Origin: Macrostomum lignano
Lineage: Eukaryota
Assembly: GCA_002269645.1 (NCBI GenBank)
Contig: NIVC01002446.1
Location: forward strand, 108,964 to 172,963
Reading direction: 5' to 3'
Length of the DNA: 64,000 bases
Part shown: in pieces, positions 33,190 to 44,423 of the stretch
Layout of the letters: each line of letters starts with the position of its first letter
Numbering within the stretch: position 1 is the first letter of the stretch
Translations under genes and position numbers: made by a program
The notes under the pieces: model-generated
Seen by the model: the letters and a program-made list of their open reading frames with translations, nothing else
Told to the model about the DNA's origin: nothing
Database searches by the model: none

Positions 33190-33767
33190 TATAGTATTTG
33201 TCATGCTATCTCAGCCTAGAGACATCCAAACTCAGCCAGCCCATCTCGACAGTGCGATTTTTTACGTAAGCCAGTCAAGTTTTACCATAGACATGCTTCT
33301 TAAGGCCATGCTATCTCAGCCTGGGACATGCAATCTCAGCGTTGTTGCGTACCCTTACTGACTTTTCTTGCTGCGTTCATTCATTGCTGTTTGTTGCCAT
33401 TTCATGTCACGTTACAGAAATGATAGCATTGTATCATGCTGTACGCTCATTATTCCACGCTTAGGAATCATTATTTTAGGCTTCTAAAAATACATTCATG
33501 AGACAATGTGTTTGTGTATATGGTTTTTCACTCGTGAAAAATTTATCATTGTCTACCTCCAAAACCATATACACAATCTATCATTGAGATCTGTTTGCAA
33601 TTGAAATCTATATTGGCTGAGATTGCATGTCCCAGGCTGAGATAGCATGGCCTTAAGAAGCATGTCTATGGTAAAAGTCGACTAGCTCGAGCCAAAAAAA
33701 CGCATTGCGGAATGGGACTGGCTGAGTTTGGATGTCTCTAGGCTGAGATAGCATGACAAATACTATA
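33190..33767. mobile_element. MITE of about 580 bp with imperfect TIRs of about 150 bp
   Basis: TATAGTATTTGTCATGCTATCTCAGCCTAGAGACATCCAAACTCAGCCAG...GGGACATGCAATCTCAGC (33190-33340) mirrors 33616-33767. The flanks read as CTAC|...|CTAC (or a TA TSD, depending on where the end is placed). Confidence 0.85.
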
Positions 33768-34829
33768 CTACCTTTCTTCACCACAAAAGTAGCTAATCAT
33801 ACAAATACTTTTTGCGACGATTTTTCTGCGAGAGGGCTGATCGGGCATTCTGTTATATTCTGCAGTGGTTGTCCCATGATTTTGCGGGCCGCACGGCCCA
33901 CGGAATCGTCAATGTGTGCCCGCACAGTTTTAGTCTATGGCATTTATAACAGACTAATTAATGAATGCTAAGTGGCGCTTCGCAGACCTCAGATTTCGCT
34001 CATTCTGCCCTTAAATCTAGACAGAACCATTAGTTGGAACTGAATACACATTGCGCACTATGCACCACCACAAACCGTCTGAATGGAATGACAATATTTC
34101 AACTTCGACTGCACATATAACAAAATGGAAGGGAAAATGTGTAGAAGCTGCTTCCTACCTTTGGATTTCATCGATTTATTAATGCTCATGAAAAAATACT
34201 ACATTCAGATTTCAAGCCGAGGATAGCGATTTTAAAATTGGCTGGGTGCCAGACAATAACGCTAGGAAATATGCTCTCGCACCGTTCAGCCTTGGCATTC
34301 GAGCCGTAAAAGTTTTTACCACGTGAAAAAGAAGAAATTCAAAGGTGAGCTAGCTTCTCGAAGGCTGAGATAAGAGGACAGCAACAGAAGCAATGCCCTT
34401 GATCAGGCTTCTGCTGGGCCAGTAAAACCTAAAATGATATGGAGCCCTTTATTTCATGTGCGTTATTAATATAACAGTGTACCGCGGCCAACTGCCCGTG
34501 TTCCAGCATTCTGAAAAGCTGCAGTACAAACAGATAAGCTGGGCGCCAGGACAGAAGAGAGACATTAGGGCAAGGCAAGGAAAAGGAGTCGAAAGTAACG
34601 CGCTGAAAGACGGCTTATCTATCGCTGCAACTAGTTCAAAGACCCCCGTTCGGCAGTCGGAGAAAAGGACGGCAGGCTTCGGCCTCACGTGATTGTTTCT
34701 GTTGTTTCTCTCTCGCACGACTAGCACATGATTTCTGTCTTTTAGTTTAGAAACACATAGTGTGACATCGCTGTGCAGGATCTTGCGTCCGAGACTGAAA
34801 TAACAGACAATCGATACATGAAGGTGAGG

Positions 34830-35168
34830 GACTGGTGGGAGAGTGAAGGAAATGGTATGAGAGTGAAGGACTGGTGTGAGAGTGAGGAACTGGTGTAAGT
34901 GAGAGTGAGGAAATGGTATGAGAGTGAGGGTCTGGTGTGATATTGAGGGACAGGAGCTGCTGTGAGAGTGAGGAAATGTTATGAGAGTGAAGGACTGGTA
35001 TGAGAGTGAGGGGCGGGCGTGAGAGTGAGGGGCTGGTGTGAGAGTGAGGGGCCGGTGTGAGAGTGAGGAACTGGTGTGAGAGTGAGGGGCAGGGGCTGCT
35101 GTGAGAGTGAGGAACTGGTGTGAGTGAGAGTGAGGGAATGGTATGAGAGTGAGGAACTGGTGTGACTG
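34830..35168 (+). repeat. Degenerate minisatellite of about 19 bp (GAGAGTGAGGAACTGGTGT)
   Basis: Directly visible. It produces the spurious HSH/PLTLT-rich part of ORF 34449-35204. Confidence 0.9.
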
Positions 35169-36797
35169 GCCAAAAGACAAGCTAAAATAACTGGAAATAG
35201 TCAAAATTCAATGCTAGTAACTCAAAGCAGCAATTCTGCTCGCCCGAGACAGATATACTTGAGACAGATATACCCAAATTAATTTTATGTCCGTCAGTTG
35301 TCTGTTTTGATAAAAGCAAAGTCTAGTCCTGTTTCGGATTCAATGAATGCACTAATATGGGCCCCGATTTAAAGTACATCTGCACCTTTAAATTGAGTAC
35401 CCGTCAATCAACAGGAATTACGGCAAGTGCAAACACTTTGCAAAAGACTACAGTAATAATTGAGAAAATATTTTTCTGCTTTCACAAGCGAAAAGAAAAA
35501 TCTGTTTATCAGGACAGGAAACTCAAAAGCATGTACTTATTTGTATATTCATTCTATATTTACAAACGTCTACTCTGTGTTACCTGGCAGAGCAATAGAA
35601 TCTATTAGCGCTTAAAGACAAAAGGTTCCTAGATTTCGGGAAGTGGGCAAACAGACGGTGCTGGTTAAAAACGAAATGTTGAAATTCCGGGATTAAGGGA
35701 AATTACGAGTAAAACAGCAAAATAAGGAGATTGGCCACCTGCAGACGCTGAGAACACGAGTGGCAGATTATTTACAGACTTGATTGATGCAGACGGAGGG
35801 AAAATCATAATTTTTTACGAAGAGCCATGAGAGGGAAAGGGAGAGCAATTGCTCGCAGCCCAAAATCAAATAACAGCAGGTTTGTACACACGCCACCTAT
35901 ACTGGCTAATTAACAAAGCGCAAGTGGTGTAGGATTGAAACTAAAAAATCTATATTGCATTTTCTGTTCGTGAAGAGGCTGCTTAAAGTCCTGTAAATTG
36001 GGAAGAAATTTTTTTTTAAATCCTGTTTGTTGAGCAGACAGAAACAAAATTCGAAACAGTCTTGCTTGGCGCACGTTTCAACAGACTACAAATTAGAAAG
36101 GTAAAGCAAGAGCAAAGCAACGCAAACATGTGCACAGGTTTTGTTGCGCAGTTAGCTACAGCAACAAGGATAATAATTAATAATAATAACAATAGTTTAC
36201 ACGATGATTGCATTGCAGCCGTTGAAAACGGTCAGAGTTTAAGTGACTGATGTGAGACACGCGGGACATTAGAAGTGTGCGAATGCTAATAAGCTATAAA
36301 GGTTTACACAGGTAAGTTTAGGAAAGTGAGGGCAAGTACAAAGGGCATTAATTTTACAAATTTAAACAAGTGCCGGGGGGCAGGTGAGCGAGATTTATTT
36401 ACAAGTTCAGCGAGAGGAGGTAGCAGAGGATCGAGGAGATAAACTGAGGCGGCAAAACATCAAACGAGGTCGCAGGCGCGGGCTTATCTTAATGCGCGGT
36501 TTTCTGAATTCTGACACGCGTCGGGCCTGTTAATTAAGTATGGACATACTCCGTTTATGTAATAAAACCTTACCGCGCTAATTAAACTGGCTGGCTTAAA
36601 ATAGGTGTTTACTAGTAGAAACCACCTGGGCTCAAGTGGGCTAGCTGCTAAATAGCTGCCTATTTATTATTCTAATTGGGCTAAACGTATTAAGTCAGGT
36701 TTGGAGAGACGCCTGCGCCTTCCCGAAGTCTGATGTTAGACAGGCGCCGGCGGAGGGGTACTCGGGATTGCCGCAGCGGGCGCAGCAGATTCACTGG

Positions 36798-38327
36798 TCA
36801 GGAGAGGATGCAGCGCAGGAGACCAGACCGACTGCGCGGCGCGAGCAGCGAGGCTTGGGCCTCGGCGTCGGCTTCCGATGGCATAACAGGCAGGCAGGTG
36901 ACCCTTGGGGTCTGGTCATCTGCATAGAAATCAAAGATGCCCCTCTTGCTAGCGTTGCCGGCGTGTCCATTGGAGAAGATGACGTTGTCTTTGAATTTAA
37001 CGCAGTTCTCCTCCGCCTGGTCGGATCGGCTGCTTCGCTGCATCCGGCTGCCGTAGAGGAACATTTTCGGTCTGAGGGAAGGATTTTTTATAATTAAAGT
37101 ACATGTTATTACAAGGGTTATGCATGCCTTAAGGAGTCGAAGTGGTCTACAGACTGGCCTTGAATGTGTTTGAAAGACGCACCTGCTGGCCTTAGTAATT
37201 ATCACTGAGATGTGCATTATGCATCAAATGTATAACCCCCCCCCTGGAGCACGTGATTCAGAACGCGACACGGATGTGACGCATGAAGATCAAAGATTAA
37301 GATAACAGTGTTACAGTTCCTCACTCCACCCAACTATCGGCTATAGAGAATATAAATTTAGAGTTAAAAATGAATGAAGGCTCCTAAAAAGTTGGCCCAG
37401 AGCCAAACTATTAATTAAAAAATCTGAAAATCCAAAGTCTAATACAATTATACAACTGACTGCTTACTTTAACCGTAGCACTAAGTCATCGTATAGCGAG
37501 TTAGTTGGCACCGAGTGAGAGATCAATACGTCAACATCGTCCGGCACATTCGACCAGACAGTCTTTAACTCGGTCACAGACTTGCCAAAGCCACGACCCA
37601 CAGTACCACGCCGGTTGGCCGACCAGGGGACGCCGTAGAAGCGGACACCCTCGATGACGCATTCGGAGTCCTGCAGGTAGATGCAGTTAGGCAGCAATGC
37701 CTGTACGCGCTCGCGATCCTCGGAATCAAAGAAGATCTCGTTTGGTCCCGGGACAAAGATCTTGTAGCGATGCGGCATGTCGGCAAAGAAGTTGTTGATG
37801 GCTTTGATTTGATTTAAAAACTCCGTGTCTTTGAAAAAGTGCTTGCGAAACTGATAGCTGCATAGATTACCAGAATGCACTAGGACGTCTGCTTCAAACA
37901 CGGCTGATAAACCGTTGTTGGGCAAGTCGCACGTATCACTGACATGAGCGATTCTAAGAAATGGCGATTTCGGATTCGGGCTGCCCACAACATAGACCTG
38001 CGGCTTTGCCATCAGGTGCTCCTGCGGCTTGGCTACCTGCAGGTCCTGCGGCGGCTCCTGTGAGGTAGAAGAGCCGTTCTGCTGATTTTGCAAGGAGCCG
38101 TTCATGTAGGAATTCGCGGTTGCCTCGCTGGCAGCGGGGAACACGTTCTTTCTATGGTGGCAGCGGTTGGACTGTTTCAAATGGAACAGCCGCTTGACCG
38201 GCCTCAGTAGATGATCTGATTTAGTGCTGCTGGTTGTCGTTGATGCTACAGTCGGCTCCGAATGGTATGCTGATGGGATGTGCTCTCTAATGCCGTAGTA
38301 GTTGGTTCCGGATTGGTGAAGGCTCAT
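36798..38327 (-). CDS. MPPED-like calcineurin-family metallophosphoesterase with degenerate active site (exons 38327-37468 and 37071-36798)
   Basis: Motifs LRIAHVSDT, ADVLVHSGN, RYKIFVPGPNE, IYLQDSECVIEGVRFYGVPW and VDVLISH align to the MPPED1/2 fold. A phase-2 intron (TTAAA|GTAAGC...CCCTCAG|A) reconstitutes LRLKPKMFLYG, equivalent to MPPED RVKPKLHVFGH. Confidence 0.85.
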
Positions 38328-40837
38328 AATACGCAAGTTGGCCCAGCTTTCTACTGTCTTCCGTCGGCTTCACGGGGCCACGAGTGCAAGTGAACTCCAA
38401 ATGCCAACGGATATTGCGACTGGGGTGGTGCTGGTGCGTCTAGGTTTTGAGTCTAGTTACCTCGTCCTCAGTCAAGTATTGAGTTGAAGAAATATTTGTC
38501 CGTTTTTAATGCCAATACTAAGCGACTGTCAGCTTTATTATTAAGATATAAATATCCTTTCTCTTCCGAGTGGAAGCGAGGCGGGAAGCGTTGGCGTGCT
38601 AGTGGCGTGCAAGGAGAAGCGTTCGATTTACAATTCCTGTCCTGCTTGGTATGAGAGACAGAGGCTTGCTGCAGTGTATTGCGAGGAGAGGAGAGAAGAA
38701 GCACGTGATTCCGATGCGAGGGCGTTGCCTACGCAAATTATAAACCCCACCGTCTATACTGGCTATCCAGTGCAGCCCCTCCTATTTGCTAGAGGCGCTC
38801 AACCAATTGGGTGCAATCGACCTTTTTGCGAGACAGTCACATGCTTCGTGTGGGGGGCAGCTTCTTTCCACAAGCGACAACCCCCCGTCGTCTCGCTGGG
38901 GAGGGGGGGGGGTAAGGAAATCAATGAATGAGGGGGCGTGCGTACAACTCCAACCCCCCGTCTGGCCGACCCACAACCGCCCACCCATCCACCTACCTCC
39001 GTACCCCAGCCTCTGCTGTGCTGAGCCAAGACATCCAACTCCCGTTTTTTTAGTTCAAGGCCAGACTAGAGGTTAGAAGCTCCCGTCCTCCCTGTCCCCG
39101 TCTTGGTATAGAAGAACTTTTCTTTAGCTCGCTGGCTGGCTGAGAGCCAGAGCCAAGCCAAGTATTGAAACCTTTTTGGAGGATTGAATGAAGAGAGGAA
39201 GACGGAATAAGGACGAACAAGGAACTTAAAAGAGAATGGCGGGATATAACACTCCTATAAATGAAGGGCGCACAAATGAGTTCTTTGTCTCATTTTCCGT
39301 GGCTCGCCCAGAGGCAGAGACCGCCAAGTAAAATGGAATGCCATATTATGCATGTCATGCAACGAATGTACTTGTATATGATTAGTTCAGGAAATTCCTA
39401 GACAGACAGGAGCACCCATTCTTTCGTCTTTTCTCACTAAAATTTTTGCCCAGCCCAAGTCAGCTCTAAATAAATCCTCAAAATTCTTTGTAGTCATAGA
39501 GAGTTAGGCAGCAACGAGAGGACTGGATTCGCGTTTGCACTGTGCACCCCCCCCCACAATTTTCTATCCTACTCTAATACCCTCCACTTCACTACTAGCT
39601 TCGTTCCAATCCAACCCCAGGCCATTCCCGTCCTGCTGTGTCCCGGCTCTATCGATAGTTATTAAAGTTCGTCTGGCTGGGAGACAACGGAAGCCAGCAA
39701 GCATTCACTATTCACTTGGCCCCCAACTGGAACTTTCTCCCTCCCCACCCCCCTCTCTCTCTCTCGTCCTTGCAGCTGTACTAACATAATTCCAAATCCT
39801 TAGTCATATTGTACTTCATGCATTGCACACAGCAAAGCAGTAAGTAGCAGCAGCTGGGTGGCATATCCCCCACGGCCCCACCCCCTCAAGCGAACTCTTG
39901 CCAAAAATCTAGAGTCTAGACTAACGAATAAAATATTATGGCCACGCCGGGAACGAACTGGCAAAGGCAGATCCAGCATTATGATGTCACATTCAGCTAT
40001 GGCTGCGATCTCTGATGCCGCAAATTCGAAATGTCCTCTTCTCTCTCCCTCTCTTTGCCAAATCCCACTGGACAAGGAATAGGAGAGATCCTCCGATCAA
40101 GTTCTGCATAACATCCGCTGCAGGCTCCTCTTCCTCTTTCCCAAATCCCAATTCACCAAATAACTTCGTCACAATGCCCTTGCGCCAGTGTGTGCACTCG
40201 ATTTTAAAAAAATGACTCCTCCCCCTATCACAAGCCTAATCCGTGGGGGTGCACCGCGGTCGGTGCGGAGGGGGGTTCAAAGCCTTTCTGACAGCTGAGT
40301 CAGGCCAAGGAATACTGGTAGGGAGTGGGTAGGGCTGCATTATGTCAGATATAAACGAGCACGGGACAGACAGGCGCCGGATGGCTTAATAAAGTTACGC
40401 TCGTACGAGTTATGCACCCCAAGCTCCACAGCACTAACATGAATAATTAACTATGAGCTTTTCAAAGCTTCATCGCTTTTGGTAAATGAGCAGCCTTGCG
40501 CGTACGGAGCAGGTGTGGGGGCCTCTGCGTCACCACCACCCCAATGAACCCTGTTCTCTCTGCTCTCTCTATTCTATTCAAGAAAAAAACAACTGGTAGT
40601 GCAACTGTGCAAGGGTACATGACCTATTTAAATAGATGACAACTCTTTATCAGCAAACTCTTATCCATTACGCAGCAGTGGATCGAGGACGAGGTCAAGG
40701 TCAAGGATAAAGTAAAGTTATTAGGATTAAACTAAGGATTAAACTATCGCTAACATAGTTTAATTTTGTATTCTTACATAAAGCCAGGAAAGTGAACTGA
40801 GAGTGCTAAAAGGGCGGCGTTCTGGGGAAGGGTGCTA

Positions 40838-41270
40838 GAGGGGACAGAGGTGCTAGAGAAGGCAAGGGGTGCTAGAGGGGAAGGGGTTGCTAGAGGGGAA
40901 AGATGGCTAGAGCGTGAAGAGTTGCTAGAGGGGAAAGATGGCTAGAGCGTGAAGGGGTGCTAGAGGGGAAAGGGGTGCTAGAGCGTGAAGAGTTGCTAGA
41001 GGGGAAAGATGGCTAGAGCGTGAAGGGGTGCTAGAGGGGAAAGATGGCTAGAGCGTGAAGGGGTGCTAGAGGGGAAAGGGGTGCTAGAGCGTGAAGAGTT
41101 GCTAGAGGGGAAAGATGGCTAGAGCGTGAAGGGGTGCTAGAGGGGAAAGATGGCTAGAGCGTGAAGGGGTGCTAGAGGGGAAAGGGGTGCTAGAGCGTGA
41201 AGAGTTGCTAGAGGGGAAAGATGGCTAGAGCGTGAAGGGGTGCTAGAGGGGAAAGATGGCTAGAGCGTGA
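40838..41270 (+). repeat. Purine-rich minisatellite of alternating 17/18-bp units (GCTAGAGGGGAAAGATG / GCTAGAGCGTGAAGGGGT)
   Basis: Directly visible tandem array. Confidence 0.95.
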
Positions 41271-42756
41271 ATTGAAGAGTTGCGTCGTGGCCAGATAACA
41301 ATCATACCTATAGTTAAGCAATTGAGCTTCGGAATTCAATACCACCAGACCCAGGAAGCTATAATCCACGCATCGCTCCATATATTGCTCTAAAATATAT
41401 CCCTTCATCCTCCACTGGCGCAGCTGCTAATGCACTGCACCCTAGCTCTTTCCCTGTTCCAGATTTTTTTAGCAGCAGCTCATGTTTTCTTTCCAAATAT
41501 ATCTGTCTGGCTTCACTCCTCTCTAATATTCCCCGTTTTGGCATCGCTAAGCAAACAGCCCCCCTTCGCTCTCTTCACTCACACTGGGGCCCTCGGTCAT
41601 CCGGGTTTTCTATAGAAACTGGGAATGCGCGATGTGGGTAAATAAACGGCGGGATGCAGCCAGAGCAGGAGCACTGAGAAAGTGCAAGAGGGGAGAGAGA
41701 ATAATAGACTGGAGAGTTAATACTGCAATAGTTGACGGGACTTGTAGAGGGCTAGGAATAGGGAATGGCAACGAGGAAGCTTGGACTTTCCGTGGCGAGG
41801 GGGGTATTCAAGCACGTGACATTAGGGCAGGGAATGTCCGACGCACGACTCAACTGAGCTCAGATCTCCGCCAGCAGTCCGGTTGCTTAGGCAACCACAC
41901 TCAAACTCCTGCCTGTCTATACTGTAATTCTGCCAGCGAGGAAGCTGGAAATCCGCGGCCCTGCCAGACGTCACGTGACAATGGTGAAAAGGCAAATTAA
42001 TATAATTAAGACAAAGCAAAAAGAAAGTAACGGGACGAATGTACGAGAGAAGGGTTTGGGTTCCATTCTCGTGAACCTCGTTTAGCCCCGGAAGTTTTGA
42101 AAACTCAATCATAGGAGAGCCACTCAGATTAATAAATGGGATTTGGCGGTAAAGGAAAACGCGGTAAAAATGAATTCATTGAAAAAAATTCAATTTCAAT
42201 CTAGGGAATACGAGCTCTGAGGCAGTTTAACATTTCAAATACCCATTACTGTATGGCATGCATTTGGTATTGAATTTTCCCTTTTAAAATGCTCAACTTA
42301 CAGTGCTTTTTATTTTAATGAGCCACTCATGCCCGATTCAAGGATTAATGAATCACATCTCTAATGTACACGCCAGCTATTTCAAAGCGTGAACCGCTAG
42401 GGACAATGGAGCTACGGCTAATTAAGCTCTTAATTCAATGCAGCTCCGCCCCCGAATCAGATGAGAGCAATTCTTCTGAAAGCTCAAAGAGAGCTGTTGT
42501 TCTTCTCTTGTGCCATTTGAACGAGCACTTTTAAGCAGAGTCCTCGTCCTCGTTTGTTCCCAAGCACGATGATGATCACACAGCTTGCAAGTAATTTTAA
42601 ATCGTAGTTTAAAATTTTAATTTTAAGTAATTTAATAGAAAACTAAATATGAATTAATGGAATAGTGAAATCCACAGATACTGTCTAACCTATCAGATAG
42701 GTGTATCACTCCAGCATTCGCTAATGCACTTTGCGGCCGTCTCCAATGCCCCACCT

Positions 42757-43314
42757 GGGGTTAAGGCCACAGACACCAGCTAATATTGCCGATGCTTGAG
42801 AGCAGCAGAAGCTACAGTCTATGGTCTAAACCCCAAGGTTAGGGCCACAGACACCAGCTAATGTTGCCAATGCTTGAGAGCAGCAGAAGCTACAGTCTAT
42901 GGTCTAAACCCCGGGGTTAGGGCCACAGACACCAGCTAATGTTGCCAATGCTTGAGAGCAGCAGAAGCTACAGTCTATGGTCTAAACCCCAAGGTTAGGG
43001 CCACAGACACCAGCTAATGTTGCCAATGCTTGAGAGCAGCAGAAGCTACAGTCTATGGTCTAAACCCCGGGGTTAGGGCCACAGACACCAGCTAATGTTG
43101 CCAATGCTTGAGAGCAGCAGAAGCTACAGTCTATGGTCTTAACCCCGGGGTTAGGGCCACAGACACCAGCTAATGTTGCCAATGCTTGAGAGCAGCAGAA
43201 GCTACAGTCTATGGTCTTAACCCCGGGGTTAGGGCCACAGACACCAGCTAATGCTGCCTGCCAATGCTTGAGAGCAGCAGAAGCTATACAGCCTATGGTC
43301 TTAACCCCGGGGTT
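42757..43314 (+). repeat. Tandem repeat of about 78 bp, 7 copies, with palindromic AACCCCGGGGTT junctions
   Basis: The unit GGGGTTAGGGCCACAGACACCAGCTAATGTTGCCAATGCTTGAGAGCAGCAGAAGCTACAGTCTATGGTCTAAACCCC is repeated. A diverged single inverted copy lies at about 44889-44980. Confidence 0.95.
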
Positions 43315-44282
43315 TTCGCACTGCGGCCAGGCGGGTGAAATGGACCATCTAGGCAATATAATTTTAGAATCTATGGTGAAATCTAGGAAATGCAAGTACG
43401 GTCATACATTTTAATAGGCGTAAATTTAGCATGGCTTCGAGGGACAGGGACACAAAAGTGCCACTTTTTTCATATCCCAGCCAGTCGCAACCAGACGGGG
43501 TGGCTGCACGTCCTCGATGCCATTCAGTGCGCTAGACTACAATGAACTTCATGACCTGCGCCTCATAGGGCACTTTGGAAGTATTTGCATGCAAAATTTT
43601 GTAGCCTCCGCTTCCCTCTACAGATGTGCCAAACAATTCCACTATGCGCGCCGCGTTCTACAGGAAGCAATTTTTATAGAAAATTTGCTGGTCGCTTCTT
43701 CCGCTGAAATATGCAGGAAGAAGGCAGCGCAGACAGAGACGGAGGCATGGGAAATGTTTAATGACTGGCTGGCCAGCAGATATGAAATATGAAATGCATG
43801 GCCTAGCGACATTAGCTCTATGTAGCGCCTGTCGTGGCACGAATTCCACCCCCATGGCCTCTCCATAAAGGCGCGCAGCGGGCTTGACAACTGCAACAGC
43901 TGCATCGAGAGAAAGTTTTTTTTATCGGAAGCTAAAAGCACCAGCTACGGCTCGCGAGAATATACCGGTACTGAGCAAAGAAAAGTTGACAGACGGTGCA
44001 AAAGCTGGATTTCTGGGGGACAGACAGAATTTTGTGATTTAGAGTTGGTTTTAGGGCACTTTTTTGAACGGATGGAAAACTCTTAGATAAGCTCGTTGAC
44101 TTTTTAAGAACAAAATTATGAAATTAATCTATAAAAAAATTAATAAAACTTTAAACCGTCATTACATCTGCCCAAATGAGCAGATTTGCAGCCATCAGCC
44201 GCAGCTATTGCTAAAGACTGAAGACTGAAGACTGAAGACTGCATACGGCTGGGGGAGGGGGGTTGCCACATACACCAGCTAA

Positions 44283-44423
44283 TGCTGGCACCTATTTACA
44301 GCTGGATGAACTAAAGCAATGCAGAGGTAAGTGTCTTGCTAAGGACACAAATTGTTGCGGTGGGATCGGGAATCGAACCCCCAACCTTCAAGTCGGGAGT
44401 CCAACGCTTTAACCACTACGCTG
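44283..44423 (-). mobile_element. tRNA-derived SINE fragment
   Basis: Minus strand CAGCGTAGTGGTTAAAGCGTTGGACTCCCGACTTGAAGGTTGGGGGTTCGATTCCCG carries Pol III A and B boxes. It is followed by TGTGTCCTTAGCAAGACACTTACC, a conserved SINE-body motif, instead of a tRNA acceptor stem. Confidence 0.8.

Noticed and set aside
43517-43960. 91-aa ORF (…LQEAIFIENLLVASSAEICRKKAAQTETEAWEMFNDWLASRYEI) that looks protein-like
   Set aside because: No recognisable motif or partner exons. It cannot be supported without a search.
44350-44423. Possible tRNA gene
   Set aside because: A and B boxes are present, but the acceptor stem does not close and SINE body sequence follows.
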